Source: Methanobacteriota archaeon
GTDB taxonomy: Archaea > Thermoplasmatota > Poseidoniia > Poseidoniales > Thalassarchaeaceae
Assembly: GCA_002683155.1 (NCBI GenBank)
Contig: NYST01000009.1
Location: 7,963-57,390 of the forward strand
Length of the DNA stretch: 49,428 bases
Reading direction: 5' to 3'
Of this stretch, positions 29,000 through 38,826 are shown in pieces (the first letter of the stretch is position 1; each line of letters starts with the position of its first letter). A program made the translations under genes and the position numbers. The notes under the pieces were generated by a model. That model saw only the letters and a program-made list of their open reading frames with translations. It ran no database searches and was not told the origin of the DNA.

Positions 29000-31798
29000 A
29001 TGGCCGAGGAAGAGGAGGATTCGGTTTCTGGTGACGAGATAATCGGGTACCGGCAACAGCCCGGAAAACTGCCCTTTTCTAGACCTGGCTCCGGTGGAAA
29101 AAACAGGTTCTCCGAGGCTACTGACCCAGAAAAGATTCCAATTTCACAAGGCGGATCTTTGGAGCAGCCATGGGGCCCCCATAGGCATGACGAATTAGTG
29201 AGTGGCCAGATTATTGGAAAACCTACAGCATTGGTGGATAGTTCTTGGAAGGTTACTGGGCGGGCCCATTATGGGGACGATGTGCGACTCCCGGGTGAGC
29301 TCATTGGAAGAATTGTTCGCTCCCCGCACCATTATGCAAGGGTCCTTTCGATAGACTGCTCAAAAGCACTTGAGTTGCCAGGAGTTGTTGCGATTGCAAC
29401 AGGCGAGGATGCGAAAAACCGGTTTGGAGTCCTCCCAGTAACAAAGGATGAGCATGCAATGGCGGTCGAGAAGGTTCGTCATGCAGGCGATTTGGTTGCT
29501 TGTGTAGCTGCAATAGATGAGGCTACTGCTAGAGAGGCGGAAAGGCTAATCGAAGTAGAATACGAAATCCTGGAGCCGATTCATGACATGCGCAAGGGCC
29601 TCGATGACAGTGAAGAGCCGATTCATGATCGTGGCGACTACCACATAGGAGAGTCAAATATCCAGAAGAGGGTCTTCCAAGAGTTCGGAGATATTGCTGG
29701 AATGTCGCAGAAATCTATTGCTAGCCACAAAAAAAGTTGGTTATTTGCAGGGGTCAATCATGGATTCACTGAGCCGCATGCAGTGGTCGCTAATTGGGAT
29801 CCATCAGGAAGACTAACCCTATACACACCGCAACAAGTCCCCCACTACCTACACAGAGCACTCGCCGATGTTCTTGAAATCCCAATGCACCAGATCAATG
29901 TGCATCGAACATTTGTAGGCGGTGGTTTCGGCGGCAAATCAGATCCTTTTCCTCATGAAATGTGCGCTGCTATTCTCGCGAGAAAGTCCGGTAGACCGGT
30001 ACGCATTACTTTCGACAGAGAGGAGGTTTACTGGGTAAATAGGGGTAGACATCCCTCTCGAATCGAAATGAATCTCCATGCAGACAAGGAAGGTCGGATC
30101 TGTGGGATTGAAACTGATGCCCTAATTGATGGCGGAGCATTTGCCTCTTTCGGACACGTGACGACCTACTACAATGGGGTCCTCCACACTGCTCCATACG
30201 AGATTGGGGCGTTTCACTACACTGGGGCCAGAGTATGGACAAATAAGCCAGCTAGCGGAGCAATGAGGGGCCATGGCGCGGTAAACTCGAGATGTGCTGT
30301 AGAAGTTGGCCTGGACGATTTGGCTGAGGAGCTTGGAGTTGACCCGATTACGCTACGACTGGCAAATCTACTCCCGCCCCACTCAGCGACAATTACAGGA
30401 TTTAGAGTAACTAGTATTGGAATGAGGGATTGTCTTGAGAGGGTTAAGGAAGAGAGCGGTTGGGATAAAAAATTCAGAAAGCTCCCCTTGGGCAAAGGAA
30501 TTGGTATCGGATGTGGTTTCTTCATCTCCGGGAGCGGTTTGCCTATACATTGGGATCCGAATAAATTCCCACACGCAACCGTCCATCTAAAGGTGGATAT
30601 GGATGGGGGAGTGACCATTCATACCGGTGCTGCAGACATTGGTCAGGGTTCGGATACAGTTGTTGCCCAATCGGTTGCAGAGGTGCTGGGACTGCCTCTT
30701 GACATGATTCGAGTCAAATCGAGAGAATCTGATACTTCTCCGGTTGATCTGGGATCTTACTCGTCAAGAGTGACTTTCATGAATGCAAATGCTGCCATTT
30801 CCGCGGCAATGAAAATCAGGGACGAGTTGATTGATGCGACGGTGGAAATAACAGGAGCCGAGAGGAAGGGGCTGGTTATTGGGGATCGTAGAATATTTCT
30901 GAAGAGTGACCCAGCAGTTGGAGTTTCTTATCTTGAGGCCCTTCACAAGGCTCAAGAGGACAGGGGTGCATTGGTTTCATCCGGCGCTTATAGGACACCG
31001 CCGATGGGGAGGACACACAAGGGAGCGGCGGCAGGACTCGCACCTGCCTACTCCTTCTCAGCATATGTGGCAGAAGTGACTGTGGATGTGGAAACAGGGC
31101 AGACAAAGGTGGACAAAGTCTGGGCTGCACATGATTGTGGCAAGGCCCTAAATCCACTGGCAGTGAAGGGGCAGATCATCGGTTCCTGCCACATGGGGAT
31201 GGGACAGGTCCTCTCTGAAGAAATGAGATATGGAAGAAATGGGAATCTGATGAATCCAGATCTCCTTGACTACAAAATCCCGAGTGTCCATGAGATGCCC
31301 GAGGTAGTTCCCATTATTGTTGAGTCGAATGACCCAGAGGGGCCCTTTGGTGCAAAGGAAGCAGGAGAAGGACCACTTCTACCAATCCTTCCTGCTGTTT
31401 GTAATGCTGTTTACGATGCAGTAGGAGTCAGGACTTCGGAACTCCCTATGACTCCCGAGAAGGTCTTCAAGATGATTGAAAAGCGCTGCAGAAACGAAGG
31501 GGTTTCAGATCCTACAGAACTAGAATGCCCATCACTTCAGTACTCTGAACTTCAGAAGACCCTGGAGGAGAGAGGGGAGAAACACAAGTCAAGAGACAAG
31601 GAAAGAAGGTTGGATGAAGATAGGGGTGATTACTACAATGGAGCCCTGTTTGGATTGGATCCTTCCACGCCTCCCGATGAAGTTGATCCCAGATGGGAAG
31701 TCAGAGTAACTCCAGATGAGGTGTACCTCGCTTCCCCCCGCCTTGCTGGGAGTGCTTGGAAGCATACCGAGAGACGTCACATGGAGGGTACAAAATGA
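29000..31798 (+). CDS. Molybdopterin-binding large subunit, xanthine-oxidase family (HcrA-like)
   Basis: GGGFGGK, GAMRGHG, DIGQGS, SYSSR, GKALNPLAV and GPFGAKEAGE. Start at ATG 29000, right after the small-subunit stop. Confidence 0.92.
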   Translation: MAEEEEDSVSGDEIIGYRQQPGKLPFSRPGSGGKNRFSEATDPEKIPISQGGSLEQPWGPHRHDELVSGQIIGKPTALVDSSWKVTGRAHYGDDVRLPGELIGRIVRSPHHYARVLSIDCSKALELPGVVAIATGEDAKNRFGVLPVTKDEHAMAVEKVRHAGDLVACVAAIDEATAREAERLIEVEYEILEPIHDMRKGLDDSEEPIHDRGDYHIGESNIQKRVFQEFGDIAGMSQKSIASHKKSWLFAGVNHGFTEPHAVVANWDPSGRLTLYTPQQVPHYLHRALADVLEIPMHQINVHRTFVGGGFGGKSDPFPHEMCAAILARKSGRPVRITFDREEVYWVNRGRHPSRIEMNLHADKEGRICGIETDALIDGGAFASFGHVTTYYNGVLHTAPYEIGAFHYTGARVWTNKPASGAMRGHGAVNSRCAVEVGLDDLAEELGVDPITLRLANLLPPHSATITGFRVTSIGMRDCLERVKEESGWDKKFRKLPLGKGIGIGCGFFISGSGLPIHWDPNKFPHATVHLKVDMDGGVTIHTGAADIGQGSDTVVAQSVAEVLGLPLDMIRVKSRESDTSPVDLGSYSSRVTFMNANAAISAAMKIRDELIDATVEITGAERKGLVIGDRRIFLKSDPAVGVSYLEALHKAQEDRGALVSSGAYRTPPMGRTHKGAAAGLAPAYSFSAYVAEVTVDVETGQTKVDKVWAAHDCGKALNPLAVKGQIIGSCHMGMGQVLSEEMRYGRNGNLMNPDLLDYKIPSVHEMPEVVPIIVESNDPEGPFGAKEAGEGPLLPILPAVCNAVYDAVGVRTSELPMTPEKVFKMIEKRCRNEGVSDPTELECPSLQYSELQKTLEERGEKHKSRDKERRLDEDRGDYYNGALFGLDPSTPPDEVDPRWEVRVTPDEVYLASPRLAGSAWKHTERRHMEGTK

Positions 31799-32778
31799 AG
31801 ATGCCCCCATTTAGAGTCCATTCACCGAAGAGCCTGGATGAGGCCCTTCAGATGTCACAAGATCTTGCGGAATCTGGAGAGGAGTTCGACTGGATCGCTG
31901 GTGGGACCGACCTATTGCCCAATTACAAATGGCACATCAATGTGAAGAGCCATGTAATTTCTTTATCTTCTATACCTGAATTAAGGGAATTGAGCGAGGG
32001 GCACATTGGTTCAATGGTTAGCATTAGCGAATTGGCAGAAGACACCCACACCCATCCAGTTCTAGCTAAGGCGGCAAATTCTGTTGCCAGCATACTAATT
32101 AGAAAATCTGGAACAGTTGGGGGAAACATCTGCCTAGACACCAGGTGCTACTGGATCAATCAATCTGAAACATGGCGAGAATCGATTGATTGGTGCCATA
32201 AGTGTGACTGTGGGACAGATGCAGATTGCAGGGTAATTCCAAATCAGAACACACTCTGTGTCGCAACATATCAGGCAGATTTGGCGCCAGTACTGATGTG
32301 CCTTGGAGCGTCAATACATCTTGCCTCGCCAAAGGGAGTTAGGTCGTTGCCGCTTTCTGAATTCTTTGAGTTGGATGGAATGAAAAGAAATATCCTAGAA
32401 AAGGGAGAGTTGGTGACTCACCTGACTATCCCAGAAGATTCCTCGGAATGGGTCGGAGATTACCAGAAATTGAGGCAGCGAGATTCGTGGGACTTCCCAG
32501 AGGCGGGCGTTGCTGTACTATGGAAGGGAGTTTCCAGTCAAGGACCCGAAAGGCTTCGAGTAGCTACTACGGGTCTAGAGTCGATTCCGAGCCTGCATTT
32601 GGAGGAAGCAGAAGGGGCACTGTCAAGTTGGCGAGGTGCCGAAACGATTGAAGATCTAGCAGAGTCGATTAGAAAGGCGGTGAAGCCGGTACAGAACACT
32701 TGGTTCTCCCCTGCGTACAGAAGAAAAATGGTGAAGGTCTTAACGAAGAGGGCGTGTAGTGACTTACTGGTGATTTGA
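31795..32778 (+). CDS. FAD-binding subunit with a [4Fe-4S] insertion (HcrB/PaoB-like)
   Basis: AGGTDL and GTVGGNICLDTRC...NQSETWR...C...C...C. ATGA overlap with the large subunit. Confidence 0.9.
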   Translation: MKMPPFRVHSPKSLDEALQMSQDLAESGEEFDWIAGGTDLLPNYKWHINVKSHVISLSSIPELRELSEGHIGSMVSISELAEDTHTHPVLAKAANSVASILIRKSGTVGGNICLDTRCYWINQSETWRESIDWCHKCDCGTDADCRVIPNQNTLCVATYQADLAPVLMCLGASIHLASPKGVRSLPLSEFFELDGMKRNILEKGELVTHLTIPEDSSEWVGDYQKLRQRDSWDFPEAGVAVLWKGVSSQGPERLRVATTGLESIPSLHLEEAEGALSSWRGAETIEDLAESIRKAVKPVQNTWFSPAYRRKMVKVLTKRACSDLLVI

Positions 32779-33725
32779 TGGGTTCAAGGTTTACCTCAAT
32801 TCTCTTGGGATCTATCCTCACATTGGCAATCTTCACTGCAATCCCTTCTTCTGCACAAGAGTTAGATGCTTGGGAATTGGGTATTAACTACCCTGAAGAG
32901 GACTCAACAAATCCGTTTTTGATAGCCGATGATGGCTCAGTCAAAGTTGAGTTCTTTGTAGAAAATTCCGGATTGACTGAGATAACCGTAGAGTTTGAAT
33001 TCAGCATTCCATTTGATGGAAAACACGATGCCCCCGAGGGAGAGACCATCTCTGCAGGTTCGAATGAGTCATTCGACCTCAAAATTAGCGGAATAGACGT
33101 TCTAGCCCATGATGCAGAAAAGAAGGAGAAATTCTCGATTTCCGCGAAAATAACAGCAAGGCAAGGAATTCCTGACCCCCTATCTTCTCCCCAGAACAGG
33201 GAAGGAGACCTAGAGATTCCTTCCATTTTTGATCTGTCTGTAGAAATTTCTGAGCCATTCGGGCCTATGAATGCAGGTTCCGACACCATCCTAACAGTGA
33301 CTGTGACGAACAATGGAAATGCACAAGATGGAGTCGAAGAAGTTGATGTAAAGGACGACTGTCCACTACTGACCACCGATAATGGCCTAGATGCGCTACT
33401 AAGCGGCAACATCGAATCTGGTAAAGAAAAGGATGCGAATCTGAAAATAACAGCATCTGAGAGTCATCCCAAGAGGCATTGTGACATCACGGTAACAGTG
33501 ACCTCGAAGAGGGAGATGAGTGGGGGTGGCAATGCCATGGCAGAAGATGAGGTGAGAGTTACGGTTGAGCCACCTCCAACAGGCGACTCAGGTTCTAGTA
33601 ACCCGGGAAGTGACAGCAGCAGTTCAGAGGACTCGGTGGAGTCGAATCTGGCCGCCCCGGGGGCCCTTGTGTCCATCTCTGGTTTGCTGGGTGCCCTTTT
33701 CTTCTCCAGAGGCAGGGGCGAATAG
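32775..33725 (+). CDS. Secreted surface protein with Ig-like domains and a C-terminal PGF-CTERM-like anchor
   Basis: Signal peptide, VENSG / VTNNGN Ig-like motifs, a Ser-rich linker, then APGA + TM + RGR tail. Confidence 0.75.
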   Translation: MMGSRFTSILLGSILTLAIFTAIPSSAQELDAWELGINYPEEDSTNPFLIADDGSVKVEFFVENSGLTEITVEFEFSIPFDGKHDAPEGETISAGSNESFDLKISGIDVLAHDAEKKEKFSISAKITARQGIPDPLSSPQNREGDLEIPSIFDLSVEISEPFGPMNAGSDTILTVTVTNNGNAQDGVEEVDVKDDCPLLTTDNGLDALLSGNIESGKEKDANLKITASESHPKRHCDITVTVTSKREMSGGGNAMAEDEVRVTVEPPPTGDSGSSNPGSDSSSSEDSVESNLAAPGALVSISGLLGALFFSRGRGE

Positions 33726-33853
33726 AAAAAAATCTAGTAAAAACGTGATACCGCCCAGTTGAACGAACTTTACTCAGGAACATATAACCGTGATTTGGTA
33801 GTCCGACAGATGTTGATTGGGCCGGTGGTCCAACTTGAATAGGGGTTCGGAGG

Positions 33854-35464
33854 ATGCCAGAAGAGGTAGATGGAGAAGTTCGATTCAATAGGAACGTCAT
33901 GTATGCATTGGTAATTACATCGATTATGCTGCTTGTACTACCCATGTTCTTCGTTGTCGGAAAGTCGACAAATTACTCAGCATACGATGATAGCGGCCTA
34001 GGCCAGTTATCGGATATGAGGGAGAGTTTCGAAGGAGAGTATGTGGAGAACAGGAAAGAAGGTTACTACGTTGCTAACACGATGTCAACCCCAATGCTTG
34101 TGAATGACTGGAAAGACCCACATCGCACACTGCTGACGATTGTCGCACCAGAGAAGCCAATCGATCAAACTGAAGCAGATGAGATTTTCCGCTTCGTTAC
34201 GGAAAAGGGGGGCAAGGTAATTGTTGCTGCCGATAACACACAAGCTCACAACCTAGCCATATTATTCGGCGTCAGATACATGGATGCCCCGCTGAAGGAT
34301 GATAAGCAGCATTGGGTTTACACACAACAATCTGAGCAATTCATCGACTGGGGCAATGTTTGGAGCGCGTCCCCAGTAAACCAAGACATTGACGAGATGT
34401 CACCAGGGGCACTAATGCAGGGTTGTACGGCTTTCCAAGTTGAGAATCCTGAGTCTTTGCAAGACTGCAGACTCCCAGTGATGTACAGGGGCCCTACCGG
34501 AATGATGTTCGAGGCCACTGACAAGGATCTTGAGGACCCGAGCCACAGGAAGATAATGACTCTTGGAAGGGCTTCTCCTTCGGCCTTTATCGACAGAGTC
34601 GGGAATGGTGACCCCACAAACCCAGAGAATCCCGCTACAGGGGATCTGCGGCTAATGATGAGGTTCGACTATCCCGGAATAAAGGTCCTAGACAAGGTTG
34701 CTGATGAGGGGAGGGGAGCTTTCTCGGCAGGAGTGGGGGAATTGGAAGTTACGGGGAGCATAGTGTTCGTTGCCGATGACGAGGCTTTCTCAAACATGCT
34801 ATGGCAGTTAGGGGTTGCACAGGACCAGGGGCTGAGTCAAGACTGCTCGGCCATAGGTGACTACACTAGAAACAACTGCTGGACCCAGGAAATCCTGAAT
34901 AACAACGATTGGGGGGGTAATGAGAGGTTCTTCAGATTACTAGTTTACGATATGATGGAGTTTGACAACGTAGATCTCAATGCCCCCATAAGAAGCGATC
35001 CGGCCAATTTCCAAGTTGTTTTTGATGAAAGTAGACACGTGACGGGAGTCCTCTCAGAGCCTTTCGTCCAGACTATGGGGACCGTCGTGCTGCTAACCTC
35101 GAACCAGTTTCTGAAGTGGTTAGTGGTACTCAATGTAGCTCTCCTACTGCTAGTGGCCATGATGGTAGTGCCGGAAAAGGAAAACTGGAGGCATGTTTTC
35201 GATCTCACAAAATTCAACCAGCGTCCTGATAAACTAGACCCTGCAACGTATAGAGACAGGGTTAGAAGGGCCCTCCTCACCAAGGTTAGGATTCACCATG
35301 ATTTGACTCGGGACGAGATGGCAATGAGGCCACCGCCCGAGGTACAGGCGATGATTGGGGATCCACGTCTCGTGGAATTGGCTTATAGCCAAAGCCGGAC
35401 GTACACGCCTCAAGAGTTGCGCAAGTTGATGCAAACTATTCGCCGATGGGGAAAAAATAACTAA
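33854..35464 (+). CDS. Membrane-anchored protein of the MoxR module (DUF4350-like)
   Basis: N-terminal TM, FRFVTEKGGKVIVAAD, VVFDESRH and a C-terminal TM; directly upstream of moxR. Confidence 0.75.
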   Translation: MPEEVDGEVRFNRNVMYALVITSIMLLVLPMFFVVGKSTNYSAYDDSGLGQLSDMRESFEGEYVENRKEGYYVANTMSTPMLVNDWKDPHRTLLTIVAPEKPIDQTEADEIFRFVTEKGGKVIVAADNTQAHNLAILFGVRYMDAPLKDDKQHWVYTQQSEQFIDWGNVWSASPVNQDIDEMSPGALMQGCTAFQVENPESLQDCRLPVMYRGPTGMMFEATDKDLEDPSHRKIMTLGRASPSAFIDRVGNGDPTNPENPATGDLRLMMRFDYPGIKVLDKVADEGRGAFSAGVGELEVTGSIVFVADDEAFSNMLWQLGVAQDQGLSQDCSAIGDYTRNNCWTQEILNNNDWGGNERFFRLLVYDMMEFDNVDLNAPIRSDPANFQVVFDESRHVTGVLSEPFVQTMGTVVLLTSNQFLKWLVVLNVALLLLVAMMVVPEKENWRHVFDLTKFNQRPDKLDPATYRDRVRRALLTKVRIHHDLTRDEMAMRPPPEVQAMIGDPRLVELAYSQSRTYTPQELRKLMQTIRRWGKNN

Positions 35465-35481
35465 GAAATGGAGTGAAAAAA

Positions 35482-36546
35482 ATGAGTGAAACAGAACCAG
35501 CAAGAGGGATGCAGGCACCTGATTCGGGTGCACATGACGCAGTTTTGGCCCAAAAGGCCCAAGAGGCTCGTGGATCGAGTAAGAAGGACGAAGTATTGGC
35601 GGCCACGGGGGCAATGGGACAGGCAATAAGCACAGAAGTTCAGAAAGTTATCATTGGAAAGTCACACGTAATTGACAACGTAATGGTGGACATTCTGTCA
35701 AATGGAAACCTTCTGTTCGAGGATTTCCCCGGCCTAGCAAAGACCCTGATGACGAACACCTTCGCAGATGCACTTGGATGCGATTTCAAGAGAGTCCAAT
35801 TCACGCCAGACTTGCTTCCAGCAGATATTACTGGGACCAACATTTACGACGCTAAGAAGGGGGAGTTCACCTTTAAGCCAGGGCCGATTTTCTGTAATCT
35901 TCTTCTTTCGGACGAGATCAACAGAGCCCCACCCAAGACTCAGGCCGCTCTACTTGAGGCCATGCAAGAGAAGCAAGTGACAATTGGGGTTGTCACCCAT
36001 AAGCTCCCTTCCCCTTTCCTAACTATGGCAACTCAGAACCCAGTCGAGCAAGAGGGGACATACCCCCTGCCTGAAGCCCAGCTTGACAGATTCATGATGA
36101 AGATGATGGTTGGATACCCCGATAGGGCAGACGAGAATGAGATCCTCCAGAGGAGGATCAACCGTAAGACCGATGAGGTGGAGGTCAACAGTATCACAGA
36201 CCCAAGCATAGTGGTCAAGATGCAGAATTCATGCGAAGAGGTGTATGTGGACAGATCCGTGAGGGAGTACATGGTGGATATCGTGGCTAGGACTAGAGAA
36301 GATCCTAGAGTCCTGGTTGGTTCTTCCCCAAGAGGTTCACAAGCACTACTGAAGACCAGTAGAGCGGTTGCAGCAATGCGTGGAAGGGACTTCGTGACTC
36401 CTGATGATGTGAAGTCCATTGCAGAGTTGGCAGTGGCTCACAGAATCATACTAAAGCCAGAGCATCAGATTAAGGGACTGGAAACCGGAGAGGTCATCCG
36501 AGATATTCTACATGGTAAGAATGCAGCGAATGTCCCGACCGTCTGA
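35482..36546 (+). CDS. moxR: MoxR-family AAA+ ATPase
   Basis: PGLAKT Walker A, RVQFTPDLLPADITG, DEINRAPPKTQAALLEAMQE and YPLPEAQLDRF. Confidence 0.95.
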   Translation: MSETEPARGMQAPDSGAHDAVLAQKAQEARGSSKKDEVLAATGAMGQAISTEVQKVIIGKSHVIDNVMVDILSNGNLLFEDFPGLAKTLMTNTFADALGCDFKRVQFTPDLLPADITGTNIYDAKKGEFTFKPGPIFCNLLLSDEINRAPPKTQAALLEAMQEKQVTIGVVTHKLPSPFLTMATQNPVEQEGTYPLPEAQLDRFMMKMMVGYPDRADENEILQRRINRKTDEVEVNSITDPSIVVKMQNSCEEVYVDRSVREYMVDIVARTREDPRVLVGSSPRGSQALLKTSRAVAAMRGRDFVTPDDVKSIAELAVAHRIILKPEHQIKGLETGEVIRDILHGKNAANVPTV

Positions 36547-36565
36547 GTGATGACGAGGTGGAAAG

Positions 36566-37885
36566 ATGGCCTGGAGCCGAAAGTCAGCGATGTTCGCATC
36601 GCTTTCGGTTGCGATGTACCTGCTGGGCCTAGTTCTACGTAACCAACAACTTGTGACAGTGGCAGTGGTTCTACTTTCATTCCTGACATGGGCAGCCCTG
36701 AGAACTGCCCATGGCGATGTTGCCTCATCAGGGAGGAGGGTGGAAGAGGCAGTGATGGACGAAGGGGTTGAGCTTCAGAGCATCGTAGCGATGAGGAAGA
36801 CTTCAACATCCAGAGTTTTCGAGGATGGCGAGATTGACGTAACCCTGAGGATCCAGAACAGATCGGGGATGGCCAAGGTGCTCGAACTACGTGACAGGGT
36901 TCCAGAGGTCATGAGAATCAAGAAGGGTGCAAACTACGTCCTAATGGAAATTGGCCCAAAAAGGGAGACTGAGATCTCCTACACAATCGAGACCCCTCTG
37001 AGAGGTTTCTACACCATTGGCCCGGTCTGCATCAGGGTACAGGACGAGCTGGGTCTCTTCCACAATGAGAAAGAGGTCCAGCTCTATGACGACTTCTTGG
37101 TTTTCCCGAAGATGGAGGACATCAAGGACGCGATGATCAAGAGTAGGGTTCCTAAGATTTTCACTGGAGCGGTGAACATAAGAAACCCGGGAGAGGGCTC
37201 GAATTTCTACAACCTTAGGGAATACCTCCCTGGGGACCCGATGAGGAAAATTAACTGGAAGGCCACGGCAAGGCAAGATGGAAAGATGATGGTTAACGAG
37301 TTCGAAAGAGACGCCGTAAGCGATGTCATCATCCTAGTAGATAGCAGGTCAGTCAGCGAAACTGGTCCTGTTAGTAGGAATTCACTTGTATACAGCACAA
37401 GGGCAGCGGCTAGCCTCACGCAGCACTTCCTATCCAGGAGGGACTCGGTTGGACTTGTGGTTTACGGTGACGAAATTGTTTCGGTGGACAGGGATACTGG
37501 CAAGAAGCAGCTGTATGTCATCTTGACAAAGTTAGCAGGTGCGATGGCCAAGGGCAACACCCCACTCAAGATTGTGACGACGCGGATAATGCCTCACATT
37601 CATCGTGGAAGTCCGATCATCATACTTTCCCCCCTGGAGGACGATCCCACCATTGTGGATGCTGTTAGGGACCTCAGGGCCAGAAATTTCGAGGTCACCA
37701 TACTCTCCCCAAGTAGCCTAGAATTCGAATTCGACGCTAGGAGGATAGACAGGACTGGTTATGAGGTCCTAAAAACTGAGAGAGACATCTTGATGACCGA
37801 GCTAAGAGGATTGGGTGCCTATGTGATGGATTGGGAGCCTGACATGTTGCTTTTCACGGCATTGGCGGGGGCAAGAGGTTTCTGA
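36566..37885 (+). CDS. DUF58 (vWA-like) protein
   Basis: LREYLPGDPMRKINWKATAR and DSRS; follows moxR. Confidence 0.92.
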   Translation: MAWSRKSAMFASLSVAMYLLGLVLRNQQLVTVAVVLLSFLTWAALRTAHGDVASSGRRVEEAVMDEGVELQSIVAMRKTSTSRVFEDGEIDVTLRIQNRSGMAKVLELRDRVPEVMRIKKGANYVLMEIGPKRETEISYTIETPLRGFYTIGPVCIRVQDELGLFHNEKEVQLYDDFLVFPKMEDIKDAMIKSRVPKIFTGAVNIRNPGEGSNFYNLREYLPGDPMRKINWKATARQDGKMMVNEFERDAVSDVIILVDSRSVSETGPVSRNSLVYSTRAAASLTQHFLSRRDSVGLVVYGDEIVSVDRDTGKKQLYVILTKLAGAMAKGNTPLKIVTTRIMPHIHRGSPIIILSPLEDDPTIVDAVRDLRARNFEVTILSPSSLEFEFDARRIDRTGYEVLKTERDILMTELRGLGAYVMDWEPDMLLFTALAGARGF

Positions 37886-37899
37886 GGCAGGTGTATTAG

Positions 37900-38826
37900 A
37901 TGGCAGAACAAGGAAAGGGACCAGTAGACACATCGCACTTGTATGATGGCAAGGTTGTGAGGTCTTCTGCCCCTAGCAGGAAGAAGGCTGCAGGAACTAT
38001 GAAGGCAGACTCGGGAATCCCCGATGACGCGGTGCCAGAAGTAGCGATTCCAAATTGGATAGATGCAATCTTTGGAGGTCCGGTACTAGTTAATCGGGAG
38101 TTCGTTTCACCGAATAAGATGGTCTTAACTCTGCAAATGGGGGCAATTGGTTCACTCTTGGTCCTAGGTTTCCTCACATTCATGCTCACTCCGGTTTCGG
38201 GAACAGCTTGGTTCGCTCTGACGAACATTGCTGGAATTGGTTTTCTAGGCCTGTGGGTCCATCTTCTGATGATACTCATTGGGGTTGTTTCTGGATTCTG
38301 GGGAGTGTGGCAGAGGGATCAACGAGCGATGCTGCTGTCATATGTAGCGCTTATTCTGGTGACTATCAGATTTGCAGGCAGCAAAGTTGAGTTTGGCCTG
38401 AGTTTCCTGCCGGAAAATGAGGTGATTCAGAAACTGCTTCTAATCCTATATGCTGTTTTCCTTGTTGTATACATGGAGATATCAAGCGCAGTAATCCGTT
38501 TCTCCATGCTGGATACCTCGATAAGAACTGGAGAGGTTTACGTGATGAACGTGAAAAGTATCACAGATAGGTACAACAGAGCGTTGGGCTATACGCCCGC
38601 AGTTGCAGCAGTGGTAGCCACACTCACACTCTTCATCAATTTCTTTGTCCCTCTTTTCGTTCGAATTCTTGACCCGATAGCAGCAAATAGGCTCGAGGAA
38701 AGTGTCGAGTTGACAAGCGTTTACGGAGTTGCACTGGGGACAATTCTTGTTTTCATTGTGATTGCTGCGATGTTCGCGATCAACCTGCCCCTTAGGATTC
38801 AACAGTACCTTGAGAGGCAAGCCTGA
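37900..38826 (+). CDS. Hypothetical multi-TM membrane protein
   Basis: About 6 hydrophobic segments; co-oriented end of the moxR operon. Confidence 0.8.
   Translation: MAEQGKGPVDTSHLYDGKVVRSSAPSRKKAAGTMKADSGIPDDAVPEVAIPNWIDAIFGGPVLVNREFVSPNKMVLTLQMGAIGSLLVLGFLTFMLTPVSGTAWFALTNIAGIGFLGLWVHLLMILIGVVSGFWGVWQRDQRAMLLSYVALILVTIRFAGSKVEFGLSFLPENEVIQKLLLILYAVFLVVYMEISSAVIRFSMLDTSIRTGEVYVMNVKSITDRYNRALGYTPAVAAVVATLTLFINFFVPLFVRILDPIAANRLEESVELTSVYGVALGTILVFIVIAAMFAINLPLRIQQYLERQA

Noticed and set aside
28429..32778. Aerobic CO dehydrogenase (coxSLM)
   Set aside because: The active-site loop is GAMRGHG, not AYxCSFR or AYRGAGR, and the FAD subunit has an Hcr-type Fe-S insertion.
33819..33853. tRNA-like start GGGCCGGTGGTCCAACTTG...GGTTCG
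   Set aside because: Too short, with no anticodon arm or acceptor-stem complement; it runs straight into an RBS and ATG.
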